Shown here in pieces: positions 1 to 8,827 of a stretch of 64,000 nucleotides of DNA. The DNA lies in assembly GCA_964415025.1 (NCBI GenBank), contig CAYPXF010000004.1:9138-73137 (forward strand), given 5' to 3'. Every line of letters starts with the position of its first letter. Position 1 is the first letter of the stretch. The position numbers and the translations under genes were made by a program. The stretch is from an uncultured Gammaproteobacteria bacterium. GTDB taxonomy: Bacteria > Patescibacteriota > Patescibacteriia > UBA10025 > JAHIVO01. The notes under the pieces were generated by a model that ran no database searches, had not been told where the DNA came from, and worked only from the letters and a program-made list of their open reading frames with translations.

Positions 1-909
1 GAGCGCAACTGTTAATGAAGATTCGGTGATGAGCACAGTGAATTCCTCGGTAGCCTGAAACTGGGCATTAAAGTTCGCGGGAAAATAACTCAACCGGGCA
101 GTGAACACGCCGGCCGTACCAGGGGTCCCGATAAAACTGCCCTGGATAGTAATCTTTTCACGCCCATTTGTTGAAACGGTGCCAATATCCCACGCATTAC
201 CGGCTGCATTGACAGCCGCAGGCTGTACAGCGCTGACACTAAAATTACTGGGAAACTGCATGGTTAACTCGGCATTTTTCAGATCGACTGCTTCGCCATT
301 TTCCACCGCAAATACTATTGACATCTCTTCAGCGGCAGTTACCGAGACAGGAGCGTTCATATCTATACTGACAGCGTCACCAGTAAAGGTCGGCTGTCCA
401 TTAACAAAAAAATAAAATCCGGCAACGGCAACACCGGCAAGCAGTACTAATATACCGATTGTCCAGACAATTATTTTTTTCTTTTTGTTTGGATCATGGC
501 GATCGATGGTGCCCATTTCTCTCTTTGACGCTCCGCGGCCATACAGATCCTCGAAATTACGGACCACTTGTTGTGGGGGTTTTGGCTGTGTTTGTTCAGT
601 ACCTGGCGTATCTGTTTTTCTTTCCGATGGCGGCTGAATATTACTTTTTGTTTGTTCTTTTTCCGGTGGCGCCGGTGTAACTTTAATTCTTGTTTCCGCT
701 TCTGGCTCGGTCGTCTCTCTCGATACGGTTTCTTTTGCTGGCTGGTGAGATTTTTGATCCGCCTCACGGGCAATCTTGGCTTGAGAGCCGGTCTCGGCTA
801 TCAGCTCCTTGATTTCCTCACGTGCCTTTTTAAATTCTGCCGACGAAGCATCCGTCTTTTTTTTAGAGGAGGGTGAATCTGTAGATTTTTTTTTATTATT
901 TGTAGCCAT
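1..909 (-). CDS. Membrane-anchored protein, 3'-truncated by the window edge (disordered N-terminus, one TM helix, Ig/DUF11-like extracellular domain)
   Basis: Not in the ORF track. Manual translation from ATG at 909: MATNNKKKSTDSPSSK...KKKIIVWTIGILVLLAGVAVAGFYFFV...VDLKNAELTMQFPSNF...NAWDIGTV; open to position 1. Confidence 0.8.
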   Translation of the reverse strand, partial: MATNNKKKSTDSPSSKKKTDASSAEFKKAREEIKELIAETGSQAKIAREADQKSHQPAKETVSRETTEPEAETRIKVTPAPPEKEQTKSNIQPPSERKTDTPGTEQTQPKPPQQVVRNFEDLYGRGASKREMGTIDRHDPNKKKKIIVWTIGILVLLAGVAVAGFYFFVNGQPTFTGDAVSIDMNAPVSVTAAEEMSIVFAVENGEAVDLKNAELTMQFPSNFSVSAVQPAAVNAAGNAWDIGTVSTNGREKITIQGSFIGTPGTAGVFTARLSYFPANFNAQFQATEEFTVLITESSLTVAL

Positions 910-926
910 ACTATAAGTATAGCAGA

Positions 927-1673
927 TTATGCGCTGATTAAAAAACTAGCCAGCAGCACCTGCCGTTCTTGGGTATATGTGAAAAAACTATCGGTCAAGG
1001 AGATTATTTGGCGCTGCTCGAGGGGCGAAATTCGCAATCGCCGTACCTCGGTAATGTCATGGTTCAGGATAAAGCGAAGTATTTTAATCGTATTATCAGA
1101 TACCGGCACGCAATGCTTATCATCACCTGCTTCGTCGCGGCCAGCTAAGCCGCCCTTGGCAATATGAAATACATTATGGCCGGGCCGGATCTTTTCCTTA
1201 CTCACGACCGATCTATCGAGCTGTGGTTCATAACCGCTCAATGCCAGTATGTGCCAGGTAACATACCACCCTATCTGTGAAACAGGCCGCTGTCCGCTGT
1301 CGTCCAGCATAGTGAGCACCGAATCAAGCAGCGCGTATATCCGCCTGTCGGGCTGACGCGGGCTGGTTGCCGCCGCGGTAATATGAGCGCAGTATTCTGC
1401 CAAAGCCAGGCGGCGGCTGTCGCTATGAAGTATATGATAATACCGCAGCACATCAGAACTGGTGATAATATCAAACCGTCTTCCCTGGACAATACCGAGC
1501 TGTGTCTGCACCAACGGCTCTAGACTGCCGGCCAATTTACTGTTAATTTTGCGTGCTCCTTTTGCTATACATGGCAATTGGCCGTGCGATGTAGTATACA
1601 GGGTAACCAGGCGGTCAGTCTCGCGGACATCCCGATGGGTCAGTATAATTCCAGTCGCAGCGTACGTGCCCAT
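927..1673 (-). CDS. recO: DNA repair protein RecO
   Basis: N-terminal GIIL...ETDRLVTLYT..HG...CIAKGARK..SKLAGSLEP OB-fold pattern; GYEPQLD C-terminal region; 248 aa. Confidence 0.93.
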   Translation of the reverse strand: MGTYAATGIILTHRDVRETDRLVTLYTTSHGQLPCIAKGARKINSKLAGSLEPLVQTQLGIVQGRRFDIITSSDVLRYYHILHSDSRRLALAEYCAHITAAATSPRQPDRRIYALLDSVLTMLDDSGQRPVSQIGWYVTWHILALSGYEPQLDRSVVSKEKIRPGHNVFHIAKGGLAGRDEAGDDKHCVPVSDNTIKILRFILNHDITEVRRLRISPLEQRQIISLTDSFFTYTQERQVLLASFLISA

Positions 1674-1695
1674 GGATTACAGCGGTGATTGTTCT

Positions 1696-4599
1696 TTATG
1701 TTTTTATGCCAAAGCTGGCCTTACTGCCATCAAGCTCGATAACAGTCCTCGCATCAATATTTTCAGGAATACCGGGCAGACAATCTTTGGCAATAATCTC
1801 CTGGCATATATCAGACTTATAATGCTGGATAACGCCGATGACTCTGTCACTGTTGGATTCATAATACATAGTGATGCTGTCATTTACCGTCAGCTGGGCG
1901 TCTTTGCGCATAGCGTTGATATGACGCACAATTTCACGGGCTAGTCCCTGCTCGCGCAGCTCATCAGTAATAGTCGTATCAAGCGCTACCTTGACATCAT
2001 GGTCATAGGCCGTCACAAACTCACTTCCAGACGGTAGCGTGTCAACAGCGATAACCTCCTGCACATTTAGTTCTTCCTGCACCAGATTGCGATACTCCTG
2101 GTCAAGTGCTCCCTGGATGATAAGCTGTGACAATGGCTGACGTACCTTGATTTTCTCCTGTTTACGGAGGTTATGACCGAGCTCTACGGCCTTACGCACG
2201 AGCTCCATCGTCTGGATCAGCTCCGTGTCCTGGGATAATTTTTCTGGTTCTGGCCAATCAGTCAGGTGCACACTGGCCGGATTTTTCTTCCTTTTCACTG
2301 CACGATAAATTATATCGGCAAACATGGGCGCAAACGGCGCCATCAGCTGTGCTAACACGGATAATACTCGTCGCAGCGTAGCGGCAGCTGCTTGCTGTTG
2401 CCTGCCTCCAGACTTAAATCTATTCCGTGAACGACGCACATACCAGGTAGAAAGATCATTAATAAACGCCGTAAGGGCGCGGGCTGCTTCAGTCACCTGA
2501 TACCCCTCCAGCTGGATTGTGACATCCTGGACCAGTGCCTGCAGCCTGGCCGTCACCCAACGATCCAGAATGTGTTCGGATGCTTGCTCACTATCAGTGT
2601 CCTCTCCTCTGTACATCTGCCAAAAGGTCAGCACATTCCAGAGAATAAGCCACACCTTTTTTACTACATCCTCAAGCTGTTTTTCGCTGAATAGCTTCGT
2701 CTCTCCCGGCTGATTCATGGTGTATAGATACCAACGTAGCGGATCAGCGCCGTATTTTCGGATAGCAGCAAATGGATCAACGACATTACCACGTGACTTG
2801 GACATTTTTTTACCATGCTCATCCAGGATCAAATTAAGGCAGGTGACACTTTTATACGGCGGCTCTTTATCTAGCAAGGTAGCAACAGCTAATAAGGTGT
2901 AAAACCAACCCCTCGTCTGATCAATCGCCTCGGCAATATAGTCAGCCGGGTAATGCGTGCCCTTATCAATGCGCTCTGTATTGGTAAACGGATAATGCCA
3001 CTGGGCAAACGGCATTGCCCCAGAATCAAACCACACGTCAACCACTTCAGGTACGCGGTGATACTCTTTGCCGTCCTTGAGCACGACGACATCATCAATA
3101 TACGGACGGTGCATATCAAAATCATCGGTTATCATATCTGGCTGCTTGGCCAAGGCGCGTAATTCTTCACGTGAACCAATACAAACACAATCGCCATCGT
3201 CCGCTTCCCAGATCGGCAGTGGCGTGCCCCAGTAGCGTTCCCGGGAAAAGGCCCAGTCCTTCAGCTCATTGAGCCACTCGCCAAACCGCCCCTGCTGGAT
3301 ATACGCGGGCGTCCACTTGATAGTTTGGTTTGCCTTAATAAGCCTGTCTTTTAGCTCGCTCATGCGTACAAACCAGGAATTCTTCGCATAATACAGCAGT
3401 GGAGTGTCACAGCGCCAACAAAAAGGATACGAGTGTTTATATGGTGTGGCACGGAGTAATAAATTTTGCTCCTCTAAATAATTAATAATACCACGCTCTA
3501 CGTCCTTATCTTTCACAAACTGTCCGGCCCACTGCGCCACGTCTGCGGTAAAATTGCCATTTTCGTCCACGGTATGGTGTTTGGGCAGTCCGACTTTTTC
3601 ACCGAGCTGATAATCGTCCTCGCCATACATGACCGCGGTGTGCACGATTCCGGTTCCCTCTTCAGTAGTAACAAAATCAGCCGTATACACTTTATGCGCA
3701 GTTGCGTTCTGCAGTGCGGCTATGGAAAATAGCGGCTCATACGACATGCCTACCAAATCAACCCCCTGGCAAGTATCAACTTCTTTGTATTTTCCAAATA
3801 ATGAATCAGCAATATTCTGGGCCACAATATAGTACTCTTTGCCGACTTTTATCTTAGCATAGGTAATATCCCGCCCCACGGCCAGGGCGACATTGCCCGG
3901 CAGGGTCCAGGGGGTGGTAGTCCAGGATAGCATATAGGTGTCCGGCTCATTTACGAGACGGAATTTCACATAGACTGACTCTTCGGTCACTTCTTCGTAC
4001 CCGAGCGCTACCTCATGTGAAGACAATGCTGTGCCGCAGCGCGGGCAGTGCGGTACGACTTTATAGCCTTTATACAATAACCCCTTGTCCCAGACCTGCT
4101 TAATAATCCACCACAGTGATTCGATATAGTCATTATGATACGTAATATAGGGATGCTCCAGGTCGATCCAATACCCGATACGTTTTGTCAACCGCTCCCA
4201 GGCATCCTGGTACTGCCATACGCTTTCCCGACACTTGGCATTAAACGCGGCAATGCCATATTTTTCAATTTCTGGTTTGCCAGATATTTTGAGTTCTTTT
4301 TCGACTTGCAGCTCGACGGGGAGCCCGTGGGTATCCCAGCCGGCTTTACGCTCGACAAAACGGCCGCGCATCGTTTGATACCGGGGGATGACGTCCTTAT
4401 AAGCCCGGGCGAGGACATGATGAATGCCGGGCATGCCATTGGCTGTCGGCGGACCCTCGAAAAAAACAAACGGCTTGCCGTCTCTAGTCTTCTCAAGCGA
4501 CTGCTGAAATATTTCCTTCTTTTCCCAGAATGCGAGAATATCCTCTTCAAGTTTTGGGAAGTCTGGCTTATTCGATTGTGTACGTTTAGTTGCTGCCAT
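1696..4599 (-). CDS. ileS: Isoleucyl-tRNA synthetase, type 2
   Basis: FFEGPPTANG, GWDTHGLPVE, WTTTPWTLP, DWAFSRERYWGTPLP, EAIDQTRGWFY, KMSKS. Start placed at ATG 4599 (MAATKR), because the 4728 extension overlaps a divergent gene and its promoter. Confidence 0.97.
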   Translation of the reverse strand: MAATKRTQSNKPDFPKLEEDILAFWEKKEIFQQSLEKTRDGKPFVFFEGPPTANGMPGIHHVLARAYKDVIPRYQTMRGRFVERKAGWDTHGLPVELQVEKELKISGKPEIEKYGIAAFNAKCRESVWQYQDAWERLTKRIGYWIDLEHPYITYHNDYIESLWWIIKQVWDKGLLYKGYKVVPHCPRCGTALSSHEVALGYEEVTEESVYVKFRLVNEPDTYMLSWTTTPWTLPGNVALAVGRDITYAKIKVGKEYYIVAQNIADSLFGKYKEVDTCQGVDLVGMSYEPLFSIAALQNATAHKVYTADFVTTEEGTGIVHTAVMYGEDDYQLGEKVGLPKHHTVDENGNFTADVAQWAGQFVKDKDVERGIINYLEEQNLLLRATPYKHSYPFCWRCDTPLLYYAKNSWFVRMSELKDRLIKANQTIKWTPAYIQQGRFGEWLNELKDWAFSRERYWGTPLPIWEADDGDCVCIGSREELRALAKQPDMITDDFDMHRPYIDDVVVLKDGKEYHRVPEVVDVWFDSGAMPFAQWHYPFTNTERIDKGTHYPADYIAEAIDQTRGWFYTLLAVATLLDKEPPYKSVTCLNLILDEHGKKMSKSRGNVVDPFAAIRKYGADPLRWYLYTMNQPGETKLFSEKQLEDVVKKVWLILWNVLTFWQMYRGEDTDSEQASEHILDRWVTARLQALVQDVTIQLEGYQVTEAARALTAFINDLSTWYVRRSRNRFKSGGRQQQAAAATLRRVLSVLAQLMAPFAPMFADIIYRAVKRKKNPASVHLTDWPEPEKLSQDTELIQTMELVRKAVELGHNLRKQEKIKVRQPLSQLIIQGALDQEYRNLVQEELNVQEVIAVDTLPSGSEFVTAYDHDVKVALDTTITDELREQGLAREIVRHINAMRKDAQLTVNDSITMYYESNSDRVIGVIQHYKSDICQEIIAKDCLPGIPENIDARTVIELDGSKASFGIKT

Positions 4600-4655
4600 A
4601 AGGACTAGTAATCTATATTGTAGTAAAAATCCCCCCCCTGTGCAAGCTATGTGAC

Positions 4656-4684
4656 TTGACAAGGCCCCAGGACCAGGATACAGT
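4656..4684 (+). promoter_or_regulatory. Sigma70-type promoter for the zinc-ribbon gene
   Basis: TTGACA-N17-TACAGT; GAGGAGG SD at 4701-4707 before ATG 4712. Confidence 0.7.
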
Positions 4685-4711
4685 AGGTGCGGACAGAGAC
4701 GAGGAGGATCT

Positions 4712-4936
4712 ATGCCCGGAAAAGCCAAAATAAAATGCAGTGCTAATCTTCATCACAATTTAAAAACAGAATCAGGTATACGTTACCGCTACTGCCCCTT
4801 TTGCGGAGATCTGCTCGATGCAAATAACTCCGGAGTGCCCCGGTGCAAAGAGTATCATCACCGTTATAATAAAGAAAATATCTACTGCCCCCACTGCGGT
4901 GAAAAAATCAGACCGCCTCCGGAGAATTCAAGCTAA
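4712..4936 (+). CDS. Small zinc-ribbon protein
   Basis: YCPFCG and YCPHCG CxxC knuckles plus extra Cys/His; own promoter, SD and terminator. Confidence 0.75.
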   Translation: MPGKAKIKCSANLHHNLKTESGIRYRYCPFCGDLLDANNSGVPRCKEYHHRYNKENIYCPHCGEKIRPPPENSS

Positions 4937-4939
4937 TAC

Positions 4940-4970
4940 AGAGCAACACAGCTACAGTGTTGCTCTTTTA
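4940..4970 (+). terminator. Intrinsic terminator
   Basis: AGAGCAACAC-N7-GTGTTGCTCT followed by T-run. Confidence 0.7.
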
Positions 4971-4975
4971 TATAT

Positions 4976-5007
4976 ATAAAAATCCACCGCAGTAATAACG
5001 GTGGATT
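4976..5007 (-). terminator. Intrinsic terminator of the methyltransferase gene
   Basis: AATCCACCG-N9-CGGTGGATT hairpin with an A-run on its left (U-run on the minus strand). Confidence 0.6.
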
Positions 5008-5022
5008 ATGTGGATGATTGTC

Positions 5023-5712
5023 TTATGGTTTGGCGATAAATACATAATCACCATACGATGTGGCTCGTGGCGGCCACTGCTTGGGTATTTTGACAGCTGA
5101 AAACGATTCCTGCAGTAGCGCAGCCACTTCATCAACATTAAGACGATAGCCCTTTGCGCATTTGTCCATAGTTACTGTTTTCTCAATCAGCGCACGGCAC
5201 AGTTCTGGCAGCTGGTCACGGTCGGCGTATGCTTGCCAAAACTGTATGATAGCAGCGCGGCGCTCAACCGTATTACTACAGGGGGCGATACATGACTCGC
5301 CAAAAATGGCTATGCCGTCTGGCGCCAGCCACTGCCGTATGGCAGACACAAACCGCGGCTGTTTGGCACGCGGCATTTGTGCCAACCCGTCATAACAGAT
5401 GATGCAGTCAAATAGTTGCCCCTCGCCCCACGACCAGTCGAGCGGATCAGCGCACACAAACCGAGCGTCCTTGTTTTTTTGTTCGGCTGCCTGGATAATT
5501 GCTTTGCAATTATCCATCCCGATTACATGCAGATCAGGACGCTCACGAAGTATCATCTCGGCTAAAATACCACTCCCACACATGGCGTTTAATACCGTGC
5601 CTCCCTGTTTGGTACGTTCACGTACTAAACTGTTAATGCGTTTCAGTACTTTAGCATACGGCAAATGCTGTGCGCCTGATTCAAACATGGCCGGTGTAAT
5701 TCCCTGTCGCAT
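5023..5712 (-). CDS. Class I SAM-dependent methyltransferase
   Basis: VLNAMCGSG motif I, VIGMD, FDCIIC, LAPDG; AAGGAGG SD. Confidence 0.8.
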   Translation of the reverse strand: MRQGITPAMFESGAQHLPYAKVLKRINSLVRERTKQGGTVLNAMCGSGILAEMILRERPDLHVIGMDNCKAIIQAAEQKNKDARFVCADPLDWSWGEGQLFDCIICYDGLAQMPRAKQPRFVSAIRQWLAPDGIAIFGESCIAPCSNTVERRAAIIQFWQAYADRDQLPELCRALIEKTVTMDKCAKGYRLNVDEVAALLQESFSAVKIPKQWPPRATSYGDYVFIAKP

Positions 5713-5857
5713 GGTTCCTCCTTGGGTGTGCTAATGAACTGTTTCTCTTTATTTAGTCAAGTGTACTGGATAAGACGCATTTGTCAATGCTCATACTAAA
5801 AAACCACCGCCCTTCGCTTGCCAAAGGACGGTGATTATTTAAAAGAGGGGTCATGTA

Positions 5858-6376
5858 TTATAATTCCATCATGAGACCGCGATGGCCGCGACCAAATCCC
5901 CGACTTTCATGCACGGCCGTATGATCGAGGCGCTCCTGCATTTGTTCCTCGGTGATAGTTCCCTCGTCTACCATTTGCTGCAGGTATTCCTGCATGCGCT
6001 CCTGGTGCTGCGCCCGGCGCTGGTTCATGACTTCGGCATGGGAAATGCCTCGCTGATCCAGCAGCTGGGCAAATGTCTTTGTTTCAAGCTCTGATTGCAG
6101 TTCCTCTACGGTAATACCCAGCAAATCTGCTTGTTCCTCGAGACGTTCTTGCTGCCGGAGTTCGTACAGCTGTTGGTGTGTTATACCCTGTTCATCGAGG
6201 ATTTGTGCCATAGATTTGTCTTCGAGCTGGATTTGCAGTTCTTCGGTGGTTATACCGAGCACTTCTGCCTTGCCTTCAAAACCCGGACCAAACCCTCCGC
6301 GGGCCAGAGCGACTGTGCCGCCAACGATGGCGAAAGCAACGAGACCAAGCAATGAACCGAGAATATATTTTTTCAT
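5858..6376 (-). CDS. Secreted/anchored helical protein with an internal ~47-aa duplication; putative ECF-regulon member
   Basis: Signal-like N-terminus; AEVLGITTEELQ...LDEQGITH repeated as ADLLGITVEELQ...LDQRGISH; Gly/Arg-rich ends. Confidence 0.75.
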   Translation of the reverse strand: MKKYILGSLLGLVAFAIVGGTVALARGGFGPGFEGKAEVLGITTEELQIQLEDKSMAQILDEQGITHQQLYELRQQERLEEQADLLGITVEELQSELETKTFAQLLDQRGISHAEVMNQRRAQHQERMQEYLQQMVDEGTITEEQMQERLDHTAVHESRGFGRGHRGLMMEL

Positions 6377-6440
6377 AAAAAGGTTGGTAAAAAGAATTAA
6401 TAATTAGAGAGGCTAGCCAATTCGACCTTGCAATCTTTTA

Positions 6441-6466
6441 TACGCATGTGAATAAATAATATTTCA
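6441..6466 (-). promoter_or_regulatory. ECF (SigW-like) promoter
   Basis: TGAAAT-N16-CGTA; shares GAAATATTA and GCGTA with the motif upstream of the sigma gene. Confidence 0.65.
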
Positions 6467-6474
6467 TACACCAG

Positions 6475-7236
6475 CTATATTCTCCTCATTTGCAGTTGCA
6501 TATTGAGGTGCGGTGGATGAAAATACCTTCGGCCCGGACCATGGTGGTAGAGCAGTACCTGCTCGGCTTGGAAATACTCCTGTTCAGAATCAGATTTCAG
6601 CTCACCGATAATCCTGACAACCTGCCCTTCAGTAATTCGTGGCGGCATGGATAATTCATCGATCTTTACTATCCATAGAGTACCGCCAAAATCACGCAGT
6701 TCAAAATACTGCTCTGCCGGCCTGATACGCGTAATTCCTCCGGCTAAAAACCCTTCCTCTGGCTGGGACCAGAAATGGGCCCGGTCGTGCATTATCCTGT
6801 TGTAAACGGGCAGTCGATCAACAAAAAACGAATGAATCGGCGGAGCCAGGCCGGCACTGTAGATGACGCCTCCCAGTAAAATACTGACCAATATGCTGGC
6901 GAGCAATACCCAATAAGCTCGATACCGGTACACGCCCTTAGTATGGCGGGCATTATAGTAGGCTAACCCGACAAATAGTACCAGAACCACCAGCCACACA
7001 TACGGCAAGGTGCTGAAAAAATATTGCAGCGGCGTCTGGGGGAGAAGCTTCATAATCTCCCAGTCATTGTTAACAATATGGTACAGCATGACGCTAAAAG
7101 CAACACTGCCAACCAGCACCGAAACCACGGTAGCTGCGGCGATCAGGCCATCGTGCAGCAGAAAACGCCAGCGCGGTTTGGGGGCGATATTGTTATCCTT
7201 TATATCCTGTAATACTTTTTCGCTTAATTCTGTCAT
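6475..7236 (-). CDS. Membrane protein, probable anti-sigma factor
   Basis: Three TM segments plus a C-terminal beta-rich domain; starts 5 nt after the ECF sigma stop. Confidence 0.7.
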   Translation of the reverse strand: MTELSEKVLQDIKDNNIAPKPRWRFLLHDGLIAAATVVSVLVGSVAFSVMLYHIVNNDWEIMKLLPQTPLQYFFSTLPYVWLVVLVLFVGLAYYNARHTKGVYRYRAYWVLLASILVSILLGGVIYSAGLAPPIHSFFVDRLPVYNRIMHDRAHFWSQPEEGFLAGGITRIRPAEQYFELRDFGGTLWIVKIDELSMPPRITEGQVVRIIGELKSDSEQEYFQAEQVLLYHHGPGRRYFHPPHLNMQLQMRRI

Positions 7237-7241
7237 AGTAT

Positions 7242-7826
7242 TTAGAATGTGATATTCAATTCTTTTGCCTTCTCACGGAACTGCTGTTTAGCGCGAAATA
7301 ATAATGTCCCTACTGTATTGACTGGCTTTTGCAAAATATCAGAAATTTCCTTATATCCTCGTCCTTCCAGATATTTTAGGACCAATACATCTCGGTATTT
7401 ATGGTCAAGTTTTCGGAAAACCATTTGTAATCTGCTGGTATCGATATGACGATCAACCTGGCGATCAATATCCTGGTCGTCAGCGATCATGGCCATGATA
7501 TGTTCGCCATCCTCACCGCCAATCGTCTGCGGCCGACGCTGACTGGCGCGGTATTGGCTGATAACCATATTATGAGTAATGCGATAAATCCACGAGGAAA
7601 ACTTCATCCGACGATTAAAGCCGCGGAGATTACGGTAAACATTGATAAAAACATCCTGGAGAATATCCTCAACGTCCTCTTCATCAAAAGAAGCAATACG
7701 CCGGACATACCGCCTCAACCGCTGTTCGTAGCGCCGCATCAGGCAGCTATACCAGTCAGGATCCTGAAGCGCCAGCGTCACGAGTTCTTCGTCACTTTTT
7801 TCACTACAATCAAGCGGCACTCCCAT
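7242..7826 (-). CDS. ECF (sigma-24 family) RNA polymerase sigma factor
   Basis: SDEELV, DVEDILQDVFINVYRNL, FSSWIYRI (region 2); YKEISDIL..PVNTVGTLLFRAK (region 4). Confidence 0.95.
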   Translation of the reverse strand: MGVPLDCSEKSDEELVTLALQDPDWYSCLMRRYEQRLRRYVRRIASFDEEDVEDILQDVFINVYRNLRGFNRRMKFSSWIYRITHNMVISQYRASQRRPQTIGGEDGEHIMAMIADDQDIDRQVDRHIDTSRLQMVFRKLDHKYRDVLVLKYLEGRGYKEISDILQKPVNTVGTLLFRAKQQFREKAKELNITF

Positions 7827-7835
7827 AATATATAG

Positions 7836-7861
7836 TACGCTTCATTTCTATTAATATTTCT
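7836..7861 (-). promoter_or_regulatory. Putative autoregulatory ECF promoter
   Basis: AGAAAT-N16-CGTA ending 9 nt before the ATG at 7826. Confidence 0.6.
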
Positions 7862-7869
7862 GCACGCTA

Positions 7870-8127
7870 TTACCGGCGCGGGTCAAACTGCAGATACTCC
7901 TCCAAACGCTCCCTGTCAAACCCGGCCATCACTTCCTCGCCATCTTCCTCGGCCACGACGATGACCGGTACCTCCATTTGGCCCGATTTATCGATCATGG
8001 TCTTGAGCGCTGACTGGTTTTCCGCCACATTTATCACGGTTACGCCCATCCCCTTTTCACGGAAATACTGCAATGCCTCATCACAGCGGGGCGAGCCTGT
8101 TTTAATGTAAATGGTAATTTCCTGCAT
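7870..8127 (-). CDS. Glutaredoxin/NrdH-like protein with SPRC active site
   Basis: ITIY...SPRC..A..YF, SGQMEVPVI (cis-Pro loop), GFD. Confidence 0.85.
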   Translation of the reverse strand: MQEITIYIKTGSPRCDEALQYFREKGMGVTVINVAENQSALKTMIDKSGQMEVPVIVVAEEDGEEVMAGFDRERLEEYLQFDPRR

Positions 8128-8215
8128 AGTGTCTGTAGTATATCATTATCCCGGATAACAGTAAAAGAGGTATTTCACCATCATATAAAAAAGCGTCATG
8201 AAGACGCTTTTCTTA

Positions 8216-8485
8216 TTATTCTGTGTGTATGATAATAGAACGTACGTTGACTTTTTTGCCGGCAATCCAGCAGATCCAGCCAGTAGACGGTTTCCAGATC
8301 AGATACACTGGCACCGCCTGACTGTCGGCTCTGGCCTGGACAGTAATTTTTCTTTTTTTTACACTACCCTTACGCATGATAGCGCGTACGTATATCGTAC
8401 TAATACTATCCCCTGAAATGATCCGTATCTCCAACAGATTACCGATCTCGGGCATGACACTATAAAACATCTGTTTGTCCGCCAT
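8216..8485 (-). CDS. Hypothetical protein
   Basis: GAGGAGG SD, TTGACG-N17-TAGGTT promoter (8526-8554), downstream hairpin near 8188-8211. Confidence 0.6.
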   Translation of the reverse strand: MADKQMFYSVMPEIGNLLEIRIISGDSISTIYVRAIMRKGSVKKRKITVQARADSQAVPVYLIWKPSTGWICWIAGKKVNVRSIIIHTE

Positions 8486-8550
8486 AGCTCCTCCTCGCTC
8501 CTGTTAAATGTACTCCTTCCTCACTAACCTAGCAAATCCAGCAAAACACG

Positions 8551-8826
8551 TCAATGGATTGATCGTATATTTTCTGGATTGAGAGGTATAAATACCTTTT
8601 TGCGTGGTGAAGTTTGGCCGCGGATAATTTTAATCCTGGTTGGTGATACAGAATAATAATCAGCCAAAAGAACGCACACCATGGTATTTGCCTTGCCTTT
8701 TTCCGGTGCAGCGGCTACCTTCAGCTTTAGTGTACCACCAATAACTCCGCACACCTCATTTGCCGGCGCGCTGGCTATGACTTTTACGGATACTAGTACT
8801 CCGCCATCAACTGTTCGGTACCACAT
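8551..8826 (-). CDS. DUF167 / YggU family protein
   Basis: LKLKVAAAPEKGKAN and IIRGQTSPRK motifs. Confidence 0.88.
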   Translation of the reverse strand: MWYRTVDGGVLVSVKVIASAPANEVCGVIGGTLKLKVAAAPEKGKANTMVCVLLADYYSVSPTRIKIIRGQTSPRKKVFIPLNPENIRSIH

Positions 8827-8827
8827 C

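Noticed and set aside
4600-4728. 43-aa N-terminal extension of IleRS in the ORF track
   Set aside because: It overlaps the divergent zinc-ribbon gene and its promoter; ATG 4599 gives a normal N-terminus.
7870-8200. NrdR box upstream of the NrdH-like gene
   Set aside because: No convincing match to the acaCwAtATaTwGtgt palindrome.
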